Source: Eledone cirrhosa (lineage: Eukaryota). Taken from it: a DNA stretch of 64,000 nucleotides. The stretch is taken from assembly GCA_964016885.1 (NCBI GenBank), contig OZ024754.1:11408001-11472000 (forward strand). Direction: 5' to 3'. The position numbers were made by a program, and so were the translations under genes. The first letter of the stretch is position 1. The number at the start of each line of letters is the position of its first letter. This document shows positions 50,901 to 64,000 of the stretch, piece by piece. The notes below the pieces were generated by a model that was not told the DNA's origin, made no database searches, and saw only the letters and a program-made list of their open reading frames with translations.

Positions 50901-51187
50901 CTATAATATACTGCTTCTGTCTGGGATGTCTCTAGTTATATAACAAAGCTGTTGTCGTTTGAAAATATATAAACCATGCATGTTTCGTTTATACTTATAT
51001 ATTAAAATAAAACAAAAAAAGATCATAAAACAACATAATGTATGGGCTGATTTTAAGTTCTGGTTCCAAAACCTAACAAAAGAACACAGAACTAAAGCAA
51101 TGGTATACAAAAAAAAAAGATAATTTTCACCTGAATGAGGGTTTTTTTTTTCTTGTTTTTGCATTAAAAAGTATATATGTTGTTGGG

Positions 51188-51243
<56 letters not shown>

Positions 51244-51719
51244 ATGTTTGTATTTGAAAGGTTATTTGCATTTTTTGTAGGAAAAACTTTGAGAATTACG
51301 AAAATATATAAATTCATTTAACCCTCATCAATATATTGCCTATAATACTGGACGGATAAGATACATACATATACATACATATATATATATGTATATATAT
51401 ATATATTTATATACATACATATATATATGGGTGTGTGGGTGTGTAAGTGTGCGTGTGGAGTATGTACATATATATGTGTTTGTGTGTTTGTTCATTGAAT
51501 ATGTGTTTAGGTAAACCAGCACTCCTGTATATTTTATTTCAAAAGACAGAAGTTTGTCAGGGGGGATAACTGTACAGTTCTTACTGACAAGCAGATAAAT
51601 ATAGGGAAGAATTAAGCATATATATGAAAGAACAACCGGAGTACATACAGACGAAGAAGAGGGAAAGGATTGCAAGGGGAGATAAACTCAGCTGTACTAT
51701 AGTCTTATATTTCAAGAAT

Positions 51720-51772
<53 letters not shown>

Positions 51773-53025
51773 TAGTGTTGTTTGCCTGCAACCAAAAGTA
51801 TCAGGAATCTATAGCATTGGTGCCTCAATGATATATATACCTGCAGATATTCTGTATGCAGAACACCAGGGACAATTTGCCTTATGGTCCCAGTAAACAG
51901 AATGGAGATGCGTTGAAAACACCATTTTAACTGGATACCATCTCGGCCCCGAGAGCAGCAAATATTTTCAGTATTTTTGTGGGTTATTTTTTTAGATTGT
52001 CTTTTTGTTGGTATCTTTCAGTTTCGCAGTTAACTAAGAGAATTGGAATTTATCTTATAAACAAACTGTTTATAACCATTTCTGGTTATGGTGAGTTGTG
52101 GTGGCAGTGGTGTTGTTGTTGTTGGTGGTGGTGGTGATAACTGTGGTATTGGTAGTGGTAGTGGTGGCAGAATGTTGTTGATATTGTTAGTGCTGATGGT
52201 AGTGTGAGCGGGCAATGGGGTTGTTCCTGTTATTTTGTTTTTGTTTTAATAAAGTTTCCCCACAAGCAGACAAGCAATTAAATAATTCCTACTCAACAAA
52301 TCATGTTATTTTGATTTTCCGGACAACAATATGTCAACTGGTCAGAGTAAGTACATTGTGTGTGTGTGTATATACATACATATATATATAGGATTGTATG
52401 TGGGCTTCACAATAACAGAATTATATATATATATATATAATTCTATTATTATATATATATATATAATATTATATATATATATATTATTATTATTATATAT
52501 ATAATATATTATTATATATATAATATATATATAGCATATAATATATATATAGCATATCATATCTTATTTATATCGAAGCATAAAGCCAAACAGCAAACAA
52601 ACAAACAAACAAACAAAAATGAATTAAAAAAAGAGGAAAAATTATAACGTACAGAAGAAAGAAAACTCAAACTAATAAATACAGGAATTTCAACAGTACA
52701 GGTACCTCTGGAGTTATCTCCCCCTATTTTGTAAATGGTTTCATGGTTTCATCATATATGTATGTAGTTATTTCATTTTGTATTCGGTTCCTTTTTTGTT
52801 TATATTTTTTTTTGCGTGTGTTCTTTGATTGTTGTTTCTCTTTAATGTTTTTCCTTCATTCTTTTTTTTTTTTCCAATATATATTACATAAGACCTGAGG
52901 ATTACCTGGCAGGTGTAGGGATGCATTACCCCCAACAATGCGATCTGTTCAGGTATGAAACCAAATGTCATTATTATATATGTAATTAATTTGCAACCAT
53001 ATATATATAATTCATTACACACACT

Positions 53026-53057
<32 letters not shown>

Positions 53058-53389
53058 AGTGTGTGTGTGAGTGTGTGCACAAATGTGTATGTATGCATGT
53101 CCTGTTAATTCAATTTTGTTCAGTAGCTCTGGTCTGTTTCGCTATCAAAGAGTTTTTTTGTTTTTTTATATATATATGTGTGTTTCATTTGTATACTAAA
53201 TGTTCTTTTTACAGATGTTTCTTCTTTTTTTTTTATATTCTTTTACTGGTTTGAGTCATTGGGCTTAGGCCATGTACCAAGGCGCTGTCTTTAAATCTTT
53301 AATTTTGTCCATTGCACAAATGTTAGCCTACATCAGTAAACAGTTTACCAAATAAATATTAAACTATTAAATAAAAGAATCCATAAACG

Positions 53390-53432
<43 letters not shown>

Positions 53433-53456
53433 AATGTGTGTGTGCACATGCATATT

Positions 53457-53518
<62 letters not shown>

Positions 53519-54316
53519 TATGTGTGTGTGTGTACATACACCTACACACACACATGTAAGCCTGGTTCTGTGATGGGTGAAATGCAAAATGCAACGAAAT
53601 TCATGGAACTGCTTTTGGTAGATTGGCTGAGAGAGGTCTTGGAAAAGTTAAATAAAAAAATAATAATTAATCAGTTTTTCAGATTAAGTCTTATCATTAT
53701 TGTTATTATTATTATTGTTATCTTAATAACCATATGAGATTAAAGAAAACTGAAGATATAACAAAATAAAAGGAAATTAGACAAAAATATATTTTTTATA
53801 TATATTTTTAAAACTTTCCTTCTTTTTGGGGGTGTTTAATCTTATTTCTTGTGAGTGTGTGTCTGTTCCAGAGATCAACATTGTCGCATACTTTCATTAT
53901 ATATATATTTTCTTTTATTTCAGTTGATTTAAAACAACCACTTTAATCTACTAACATGGTTGTTAAAGATCAAAGATTTGACTTTGACTTTTAATTTTGG
54001 TGAAATGTGTCGAAATAAGATGTAAAATGGTGGAGAGAGAGAAGGCAAAAAAAAATCCAAACAAAAAAACAAATAAAAGAAAGATAATATACTATTTTCT
54101 TTTTCTTTGTTTGTTTGTAAACATTGTGAGAAATATATAGATAGATTGTTAGATTGGGACTAAAATGTTGGAACATAAAAAGAAGGATGTGGAGTAAACA
54201 GGGCTGAAAGAAAAGGAAATATTTTCCTGGTCCTTTCAATGACTAAAGCCACTTCACAACTTGTTTAATTTAATTTTGGTCCAACGTTGCAATGGTCAGC
54301 CAGTCTGTTTCTCCCG

Positions 54317-54337
54317 CTACAAATGAGATCCTCCGAG
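54317..54337 (-). CDS. PKD2: Probable PKD2 terminal micro-coding exon (LGGSHL*) opening a long 3'UTR
   Basis: Strong acceptor ttttcattttattgttcttgcag|CTCGGAGGATCTCATTTGTAG, in phase with the donor at 59452; followed by ~5 kb of TE-poor DNA. Confidence 0.5.
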   Translation of the reverse strand, partial: LGGSHL

Positions 54338-55974
54338 CTGCAAGAACAATAAAATGAAAAATATAGGGAATTTCAGTGTGAGGTGTGTAAGAGATGATTA
54401 ATGAGAAGGTAAACCATTTCATAATATCAAATTTCTTGGAATTGCTGAGCAGATATAGAGACTTATAACCATCATCATCACTGTTTAACGTCCATTTTGC
54501 CACGCTAGCATGATTAGGCGAGTTATCCTGTTGTGAGACTAGTCAGATCAGGCGGCCATGTTTTGCTTATACCAACCACATTTATAGCGTCTCCATAAAA
54601 TTACCGTATATACTCAAATTCAACCCAACCCCTTATTCTATGTCTGAGAAATAGGCAAAAATCCAAACGTTATTTATCAGCCGAGGCAGCTATCAACATA
54701 TTATGTTTATATGGTGCGGTTTTGAAATTCTCATGAGTAGAGAATATATTTCTGAAGTTTTTATGATATTTAAAATATTTTAAGTGTTGTTTATAGTATA
54801 GTTTTTATTTCACAACTCCATTACATAATGATATTTTACCAATTATCGATTGTTTTGAAGGCTATATTCATTCAAAACGCATCAAAATCAATAAGAAGAA
54901 ATATTAGCAGATATAGGAGTGAAAAAGTAAAAATAGAGTTATAAGATAGATGGAGAAAGGTGTGGAAAAATATGGAAGCACAGAAAGATATATAAAATCC
55001 AAAAAATAGTCAAGTTCTCAAGCCAGTAGCTGGAGTGTCACTCTAGATGTTTGACCATCAGTCCATCAGGGCATTTCAATGAGCCTTAGAAATGTTTGAT
55101 GATGTCCATCTCCTCTCCAAGTGTCCAGTCCCTCACTAAATTTAAGCTGCCTTCTGAAGAAGATGCCAGGATGTGGCTGAACGCTGTCCCGCAGCCAAAG
55201 GCGAGAGTCAGTTGAGAACTGGAATACCAGTCAATCTCTAAAAATGCTGCTGTCAGACACCAAGGTATTTCTCTACCTAAAAGCCATAGTTTCAAGATAA
55301 TGTTTCTTTGAATCCTGCTTAGTGTTACATCCAATATAGAAATAACATTTTCTCAAATCACTTCACTCTATTTTCAAAGGAACACTAGACAATGCTATGT
55401 CTTGTATTGCAATAACATTACTTCAAATAACTTCACTGTATTTTCAAAGGAACACTAGACAATGCTATGTCCAGTTATGATATTACATTCCTTTAAACTG
55501 TTTAACTCTATGTTCAAACAGATAATAGGTATTGAAATAATGTTTCTTTAAATTTTGAATAAAGCTCTCTTGTGAAGCTAAACTCCGCCAGTTGCAGACT
55601 GCGCATTAACATGTGATATCTCACTCCACAAAGTTCGATCATGTTGAATATAGCTAAAAATGTTTAAATCCAGTATTGATAAAAATGTTTCTTCAAAGAC
55701 ATTTATGTGCGCGTAAAGAGAAGGTAGAGGTGTAAGTGGACAGAGAATTACAGATGGAACAAATGATACAGTCCTAAATACAGCTGGGATAGTCTCAGCT
55801 GGAATACCTTTCATTGTATGTCTACTCAGTATCATTAGAAACAACAATAACAACAACTATTACAGCAACGACATTAGCAACAACAATAGCAACATAAGAG
55901 ATGGCCAAACAAAAGTGACTTCATATAAACTGTAAGATCAAATGTAAAACTGAGAAATAAGATTGTAATCAAAA

Positions 55975-56350
55975 TTTACAGCTCATACTTTTGCATGTTT
56001 AGCTGGCCTCCTACGAGTTTTTATCTCATTGGAGGTTTCTCAGGTGTTTTAATGATAGGAGACACAATCCTATCAAGTTGTAGTTACAGTCACACCTTTG
56101 TAGGTTTAACTAGCCTCCTACGAGTTTCTATGTCATTGGAGGTTTCTCAGGTGGTTTAATGATGGGAGACACAGTCCTATCATGTTATTACAGCTAACAC
56201 CTTGTAGGTTTAGCTAGCCTCCTACAAGTTTTTATCTCATAGGTTTCTCAGGTATTTTAATGATGGGAGACACAATCCTATCATGTTTTTGTTACAGCTC
56301 ACATCTTGTAAGTGTAGCTGGCCTCATCAAGGCTGTATCTCATCGGATAT
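55975..56350. repeat. ~95-bp tandem repeat (~4 diverged copies); further short tandems at 30779-30838, 31905-32090, 55340-55470, 58430-58560
   Basis: Repeated agcctcctacgagtttttatctcattggaggtttctcaggtg...gagacacaatcctatca. Confidence 0.8.
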
Positions 56351-59300
56351 TTCTCAAGTGTTTTGTTAGTTTTTTTTATAGGTGGGCAGGGGGCCCCAGT
56401 TTTATCATGAAAAGTAACATGTAATGAAGTGTTTTGCTCAAGAACACAATGTGCTGCCTGGTACAGGGATTGAACCCACAACTTTATGATTGTGAGTCCA
56501 ACACCTTGACTGCTAGGCCACGTGCCAATAAGCATAATGAAGTGACAACATGATAATAATAATAATAATATAATAATGAAATTATTGTGTACAGTGCTCA
56601 GGTGCACTACAACTCATCAAAGGTGCATGTATAGTACATAGAATAATGTACAAATGTCAGGAAAATGAACAGTGTATGAGTCATGATATAATAACAACAA
56701 CAATAATAATAATGAAATATTGTGTACAGTGCCCAGGTGCACCACAACTCATCAAAGAGTGCATGTACAGTACATAGGGCAATGCACAAACATCAGTAAA
56801 ATGAACAGTGCACAAGTCATGATAACAGCATACACTGCAGACAAGAAGCAAATGTATTGTAATATTTATTAGAAAACAACAACCATATTTACCATATTAA
56901 GCATCAGATGACTGGAATAAGTTTATGAAAGAAACCTTACTAGTTATTTCTCATTTCATGAATATTTCAATTTAAAATATCTAACTCCTGGAGAATGTAC
57001 TAACACAATCAAAATATCTAACTACCTCGAAAACATACTCTTAAAAACATTAGAGTGCATGCAGTCTAGTTATTAGGTCTGAGCCTCACAGACTGGAATG
57101 GCTCTTCCAGTGTCTCCCTCACCATCCTCTGGGGAGTTGGAAGGACTTTTCCAGTGTGTCTCCCTCACCATCCTCTGGGGAGTTGGAAGGGCTTTTCCAG
57201 TGTGTCTCCCTCACCATCCTCTGGGGAGTTGGAATTGCTCTTCTAGTGTGTCTCCCTCACCATCCTCTGGGGAAATGCCTTATCTATTCTGTCCGCCAGG
57301 GCTGCAGGGCAGCCATTCCGCTGCGGCTGTAGGGCTGTGGGCCCCCATTTGCTCACCGTAGTGAGAGATGGGGAGAGTCGAAGAGACAGAGACAGAGACA
57401 GTGAGAGTTTAGTTCTTTTGTGTTCGGACCTGGTGTATTTATGTGTCCATTAAGAGAGAACGAGTATTTGCTAGTATCTACATTTTTTCACTGGAATGAA
57501 GGTTATTAGGGTGTTGGTTTCATGATTGCAAGGTTATGGATACTATCTCTGGAGTGAACAGTGTGTTGTGTCCTTGAGCAAGGCCCGCCATTTCCCACTG
57601 CTAACACAGTGAGTACAAACAGTAGCTGGAGGTTTGTGTTTTTACTGACTGGTGTCTCAGTCATTCAATACTGCATGAAACCGGGATAAGCTCTGACCTG
57701 ATCAGCCTCTAACTTCTAGAAAGACTTAAAATAATATTTTGAGTCTATAGATTTTTAATGATAAAGTTATATCTGGTTATTTTCTGGCATATGTACATGT
57801 CTACATATTAAAAATGTGTATATTTATATACACATTGTTGCAGTCTCGGTTACACACTCTGTATTTATACAGATATAACTTTATCATACACTTTGGCTGC
57901 TAGCATACTTCTTAATATAGAATTGTAAGTACATATACTTGCAGGTGATATACTTCAGTGTAAAAGGTATTACCTCTTTTGATACAAAACCAGCTGAATA
58001 AAGCAGGTGAGCCCCCTGACAAGATTCCCATTGATTAGGGGTCTTTCTGAGGCAATGTTTTACAACAGGAAACCTTTCCTAACACCAACCCTTTTAGTTG
58101 CTTCTACAGCATGCAGAAATCTTCTTTTTCTTAGTTCCTTTTGCTCTCAATGGAGTATTGAGCGACTTTTGTTGTTTCTGTAGCAATTTTGATTAATGGA
58201 TCTAAGTTTGCTAGTCTCATGCCCCCCCCCCTCTCACCTTAGATATAAATCTATGATAAAATAAAGCAAAATAAACAACAACAACAACAAACGAACAAAC
58301 AAAAACTTATCTCATATCTTATGAAATAAATCTTGGTGTCATTGTAACATAATATATAAATATTATTATTTCTACAAAACAGCCAGAGAAATATGGTAAT
58401 GAAAGAGTTAAGTCATCAGAAATCTGTTAGTAGAGAGTTCTAGAAAGATGTAGTTCTGGTAGGAAAGATTTGATAAAGTGTTTAGTAAAGGAGTATGGAG
58501 TAGAGAGTTCTAGAAAGATGTAGTTCTGGTAGGAAAGATTTGTTAAAGTGTTTAGTAAACTCAGAATGTAATAAACTTGGACAGAGCATATTGTCTGATG
58601 CTCTAATGATTATGTAGAAAGAAGACTAACTAGTGGGAACTAATTCCACATTTTATTAGCCTTCTTATCTATATTTTGAGGAATAAATTTATAGATCTTC
58701 ATAACATTGTTTCATTATGTTAAAGATTTAAATGACATCTTTGGTATAGTTACATAGTTATGCTTGTTTAAAGACTAACACTAAAACACAACAATCTACT
58801 AATATATATTGCTCTTGTGTTTTTGTACGTCACACAAAGGGAGTTAGCTCATCCATGTTTCAGTAACCTGTGTTACTCATACATATAAATGTATACATAT
58901 GCACACACACACACACACATATATACATACTCACACACATATATATATGTGTGTGCATGTAATAATTATTTTCTCTGAGGCTGTTTACGAGTATGTTTGT
59001 GTAGATGTGTGTGTGTGTATGTAATAATTATTTTTAACTAGCATTCTTAGATTGGCTACACTTTCGTGAGTGTATGTGTATGTGTGTGAGTGTGTGTGTG
59101 TGTGTGAGTGTTCGAGTGTGTGAGTGTATGTGTGTATGTATTGTCCAAGGAGCCAAGTCCCTAGCAATATCGAAATAAATTAGAATTATCAAGAATATAA
59201 AATGACCGCAGTTGAAAGGTATATACAAATACACATTTACCCTTTAGCCGCCATTTTTGATGGCACGGGGGCAGCTAGTGCCATGAGAGTTCTAGTGAGA

Positions 59301-59442
59301 TGCAGCTCTTGTAGGAAAAGATTTTTTAAAGTGTTTAGTAAAGGAGTATGGGAGGTGAGAAACAGAGAGAATTAGATATGCAAATGAACCAAATCGGTAC
59401 AGGGGGCATTAATTTGGCAGTTTTAGAGTTGGACTAAAATTA

Positions 59443-59643
59443 TTATCTTACATTTTGTCCAGAACCTGGCCTGGAACTGGAACGAGGTCGGAGGCCACAG
59501 GTACCGGCACCACTACTACTTCCTGGAGAGTCTCCTCGTCCATTTGTTTGTCCAATAGATGCTTCTGAGTCCCATCTTTCTAGTTCTTCTCGCACAAGTT
59601 TCTCCATTTGGTCACGTTTCATTTCATCACTGTTACTTGTCGA
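59443..59643 (-). CDS. PKD2: Polycystin-2 C-terminal exon (ends GQNVR*, or splices at AAT|gtaaga, 59452)
   Basis: Manual translation STSNSDEMKRDQMEKLVREELERWDSEASIGQ...; LVREELERW is conserved in PKD2; tgcag acceptor. Confidence 0.88.
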   Translation of the reverse strand, partial: STSNSDEMKRDQMEKLVREELERWDSEASIGQTNGRGDSPGSSSGAGTCGLRPRSSSRPGSGQNVR

Positions 59644-59732
59644 CTGCAGAAGACAAAGAAAGCAGACATATTAAAACTTTTAGAGACTTTGTTAAGTTAT
59701 GTTCCAAACACCAGTTTAATAATTGTTTCTAC

Positions 59733-59988
59733 TGTGGTTAGAAAAAGCTATCTCACTTACCGCTTTTCACAGGCGTCGCTAAATTCCACTGCAGGTTACT
59801 CCTCTTCCATGTGCGTCCAACTCCTTAACACCGGGAGCTGCCCAAAACTCGCGTCCACACCGTGTGCTGGTCACCACTAGAGAGAGGCCCTCTGCTGGCC
59901 CTTCCGGTCGAGCATCCTTCCGGCCAAAAACCCCTTCCGGTCGAGCACTCCCCCGCCTCCGGCCACCGCACGCCACACCATACCCACA
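59733..59988. mobile_element. Solo LTR (256 bp) inserted into a SINE A tail
   Basis: TGTGGTTA...TACCCACA termini; exact 5-bp TSD tctac at 59728-59732 and 59989-59993; GC-rich; SINE sequence resumes after it. Confidence 0.8.
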
Positions 59989-61774
59989 TCTACTTTAGGC
60001 ACAAGGCCAGCAATTTGAAGGGGAGGGGAAGGTCGATGAAATCGACTCCAGTGTGTGACTGGTACTTTATTTTATTGACCCCGTAAGGATGAAAGGCAAA
60101 GCTAACCTCAGCAGCGTTTGAAATCAAAATGCAAAGGGCCATAAGTCTATGTCGCAAAGCATGGTGTCCAGCGCTCTACTGATTCTGCCAATCCACCACC
60201 CTAAACACCAGTTTATTAATGAGAATGTTAGTTATATTATGAAATCCCTAGTGAGACCAACCTCACCTGAGACTGTTCTTCATTCTATAATATGAGACTG
60301 TTTATTTTCAAATATTTATATTTATCTAAAAGAACCTTCCATTATAATTTTATGCCAGCACCTTTGTTAAGTTATGTTCCAAACAGCAGTTTAATAATGA
60401 GAAAGTTAGTCATATTACTTAATCCCTCCAAATTCTGGATTATTTTCAAAATTATTAGAAAATTATAGGCAGTGATTTTCATTAGAAATATGATAATGAA
60501 AGGGTTAAGTAAGACTAAACAGTGATATGGTGGTGGTGGTGGTGTTGTTGTTGTTGATGGTGATGGTGATGGTGGATGACACATTGTATATTGTGCCAGG
60601 TTTAAAGTGCCCAAGACACTCCAAATGTCACCAGGAAGTTATTGCTCCTTACACACATACATACTGATAGTAATGAGTGTGTTAAGGGTTGATGTGATTT
60701 TCATGAAATGATTATTATGTATGAAGATGGACTTTAGAATCAATAACAACAACAAAATCAGCTAAAAATAATCTTTGTAATCTTTTAGGTTCAGGCACGG
60801 CTGTGTGAAGAAGTTTGCTTCACAACCATATGGTTTTGAGTTCAACCCCACTGTGTGGCACCTTGGGCAAGTGTCTTCTGCTATAGCCTCATGTTAACCA
60901 ATGCCTTGTAAGTGAAATTTGGTAGACTGAAACTGTGAAGAAGCCTGTCATATAAACATATATGTGAGTGCGTGTGTGTGTGTGTATGTTTATGTCCTAT
61001 AACGTAATGGTTCAACAAATAGAAATTGATAAAATAAGTACTAAGGTTGATAGGATTGACTAAACACCTTGAAAGTAGGGCCCCAGCATGGCCACTATCA
61101 AATGACTGAAATCAACAAAAGTATATGCCACTCAGCCAGCTGTTTCAATCACTTATTAAACCTCACTTCTGCTTATGAAAAGGTTTAACCCTTTTGATAA
61201 CAATCTGCCCCAAGCCTCCTTTGGTTCTATGAAACAGAATCCCTTATTTTAAAGGGTTCATATTTCAATTTAAATCTTCCGACATAATTTTATATAAGAA
61301 CTTTTTGTTAAGTTATTTTACATATACCATCGAAATAATTCTTTCTAGCATTAGCACAAGGCCAGTAATTTGGGGGAAGGGGAAAGTTGATTATATTGAT
61401 CTCCCCAGTACTTAACTGGTACTTTATTTTATTGACCCTGAAGGGATGAAAGGATTTGAACAGTATAATAAAAAAAGAAAGATAGGTATTTTAAAAGTAT
61501 CTCTGCTGTTGTTTTTTTGATAAAACATAAGGAAGGATGAAAGGCAAAGAAAACTTTGGCAGGATTTGAACTCAGAATGCAGAATGCCATAACTAAATAC
61601 CATAAAACATTTTGTCCAATACTCTGCTGGTACTGTCAATCCACTATCCTTACCATCTTAATAACGAAATAGTTAATTTTAGTAAATCCTTCCAAATTTT
61701 TCATTGCTCAAGTGAAATACAGTGTATTTATTCAGAAATATGGTAACAAAAGGGTTAAACAAAAGACAACTTAC

Positions 61775-62095
61775 TTCTGTAATACTGTCAAGCATTTTGG
61801 CCATGGTTTCTCGACGCTTGATCTTTGCCTTTTCCATCGCTTCGAGTTTCACAAGAACGGCGTCAATTTTAGAGACGATGCTTCCAATGGAATGTTCCAT
61901 GCGATCAACACGGCGGGAAAGTACTGTAAATTCTTCGTATGAGACGCCATTAGTCATGCGTCCAGACCGTGAAACTTTTGAACCGTTGTCTTCATCGTCA
62001 CTGTCTTCTCCGCTGTCCTCCTGGTAACTCATACGACTACTACAGCGATTTCCAGCCTTTTCTTCTAATTCATCATATTCTTTAGTGAGTGCAGC
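61775..62095 (-). CDS. PKD2: Polycystin-2 coiled-coil exon
   Basis: [49 protein letters not shown] closely matches the PKD2 coiled coil; gacag/gtaagt; 321 nt. Confidence 0.93.
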
Positions 62096-62966
62096 CTGTC
62101 AATGAATCAATGGCTTCATTTAATAATTGTTTCTACTTTAGGCACAAGGCCAGCAATTACCCTGTGCATTACTGGTACTTTATTTTATCGACCCCGTAAG
62201 GATGAAAGGCAAAGTCAACCTCAGCGGGATTTGAACTCAGATCGTAAAGGGACGTAACTATGCTGGAAAGCATGGCGTCCGACCCTCTACCGATACTGCC
62301 AATCCACCGCCTGCTTCATTTAATAATGAATAATAATAATGAAATTATTGTGTACAGTGCTCGTGTACAGTGTTCAGGTGCACTACAACTCGTCAAAGGT
62401 GCATGTATAGTACATAGAATAATGTATAAATGTCAGGAAAGTGAACAGTGTATGAGTCATGATATACATGTGTGCATGTGTATGGAAGAGGGGGATCTCA
62501 GGTATAGTGTTGGCGAATAACAGGAAGTATGGAGGTTTTAAAGGATGCAGTGTCTCAGCGGCTAACAACAGATGCAGGTAGTTTGTTCCATGCTTCAGCA
62601 ACGCTGAACGTGAAAAAATGTTTCCGAAAGTCATTACATTAAATATCGATTAAATTGCTCCCAGTATGATACTGGTATTTTATTTTATTGACCTTGTAAG
62701 GATAGACAAAGCTAACCTCGGCAGGTTTTGAAATTAGAACATAAAGGACTGTAACTATGTATATACTGCAAAGTATGTTGTCTGTTGCCCTACTGATACT
62801 GCCAATCCACTGCCCTTAAAACACCAACTTAATAATGAGGAAGTCATATTTTAAAATCCCTCCAAATTTTTTTTATTATTTTCGAAATTATTTGAAAACC
62901 ATAGGCAGTGTTTATTATTAGAAATACGTTGACTAAAGAATTAAATGTGATATTCAGTAGTCTTAC

Positions 62967-63084
62967 CTTCTGTTCAGATAAATCAGCTTGCATTCTCCTC
63001 TGTTCATTTTCATCAAGAACTCTATCACCATCAAGATCATATTTAGCAAACATTACTTCAATTTCTTCATCAGCATAACCACGC
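62967..63084 (-). CDS. PKD2: Polycystin-2 EF-hand exon (upstream exons lie beyond the window)
   Basis: RGYADEEIEVMFAKYDLDGDRVLDENEQRRMQADLSEQK with an EF-hand DxDxD loop; aaag/gtaaga; 118 nt. Confidence 0.9.
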
Positions 63085-64000
63085 CTTTTGAATAGAAATC
63101 AATGTAAATGAGCTGTGATACCGGTCTTTTATTAACTCGTGGCTAAATGAAGGTAACTAGAGAAAATTCTTTGTTTTGTCCACCTTTTTAATACAAAACT
63201 AACCAAAATGAACTCTGGCTCTATGATACAAAACATTCATTTTAAAATGTTTATATTTATCTAAAAAAATTTTCCATCAAAATTTTTATGTAAGAACCTT
63301 TATTAGGTTATGTTCCAATCACAAGCTTATATTATTATTTCTATAGAGAGAAAGAGAAAAAGAAATAGACTGAGGATGTGGAACTCTTTTATTTGTTAGT
63401 CTAAAAAAAGGACAAGAGTCGTTGTCTTTTTAGTCCTCACCCTTATTCTGAGAGATAGGATTAAGTAACTGAATTGAAACTTATTCAGGTTTTAATAATT
63501 TTGATGCAGAGCCCTCATGACACTTTCTTTGAGCAAGGCAGTTCATTTCATGCTGCTTCAGATTATCATCACCACTAATACTGCCACACTATCACCCATC
63601 ATCATCACCAACATCATTATTTTATGTTCATTTTCCATGTTGGCATGGGTTGGTTGGTTGGATTGGTTGTCACAATTTGATCAGAGAACCATATCTTGCT
63701 CATACACTCCATATCTGGCTTGCTTTCTACAGCTGGATGCCCTTCCTAATGCCAAAGTCCTGCCTAACATCAAATGGATGTCATTCCTAATACTGAAAAC
63801 TAATACCAGCAACAGTTGGGAGTTAACCTTGCCACAGACTGGTGTCTTATCGAAAGGGCAGTCTTGTATTCTCAAAGGTTTAATGCCACATGGAAATGCG
63901 GTAAGCTCCCCCCCCCCCCCCCTGCTTGTCTATTCTGTGCTAACATGGAAAAACAGGTGAAAAATTTGATTTGTAAATAATGGCTCAACGGTACTTACGA

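Overview
Eukaryotic, AT-rich, microsatellite- and transposon-dense genomic DNA. The repeat content suggests a coleoid cephalopod (octopod-like), but this is an inference. Three spliced protein-coding genes lie on the minus strand: (1) eIF4A3/DDX48, the exon-junction-complex helicase, with 9 coding exons at 15946->1190, one GC-AG intron, and the last short exon outside the window; (2) a complete SLC2A13/HMIT H+/myo-inositol transporter, 9 coding exons, 40764->22825, 572 aa; (3) the 3' end of PKD2/polycystin-2 (EF-hand and coiled-coil exons, 63084->59443, plus a probable extra terminal exon at 54337). Introns and intergenic DNA carry RTE, CR1/L2-like, CRE-like and R4-like LINE fragments, two tRNA-derived SINE families, piggyBac-, hAT- and pogo-like MITEs, Helitron-like elements, a solo LTR and many minisatellites. 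Most unusual observations: a set of type I hammerhead-ribozyme motifs in Penelope-like fold-back relics (two near-intact, all read on the same strand as the genes); a degenerate, internally triplicated copy of eIF4A3 exon 4 in the preceding intron; a tandem-duplicated splice acceptor in SLC2A13; minisatellites independently expanded from one RTE 3'UTR subrepeat; and a solo LTR with a strong splice donor next to a PKD2 exon. All coordinates were read by eye; nothing was computed or searched.
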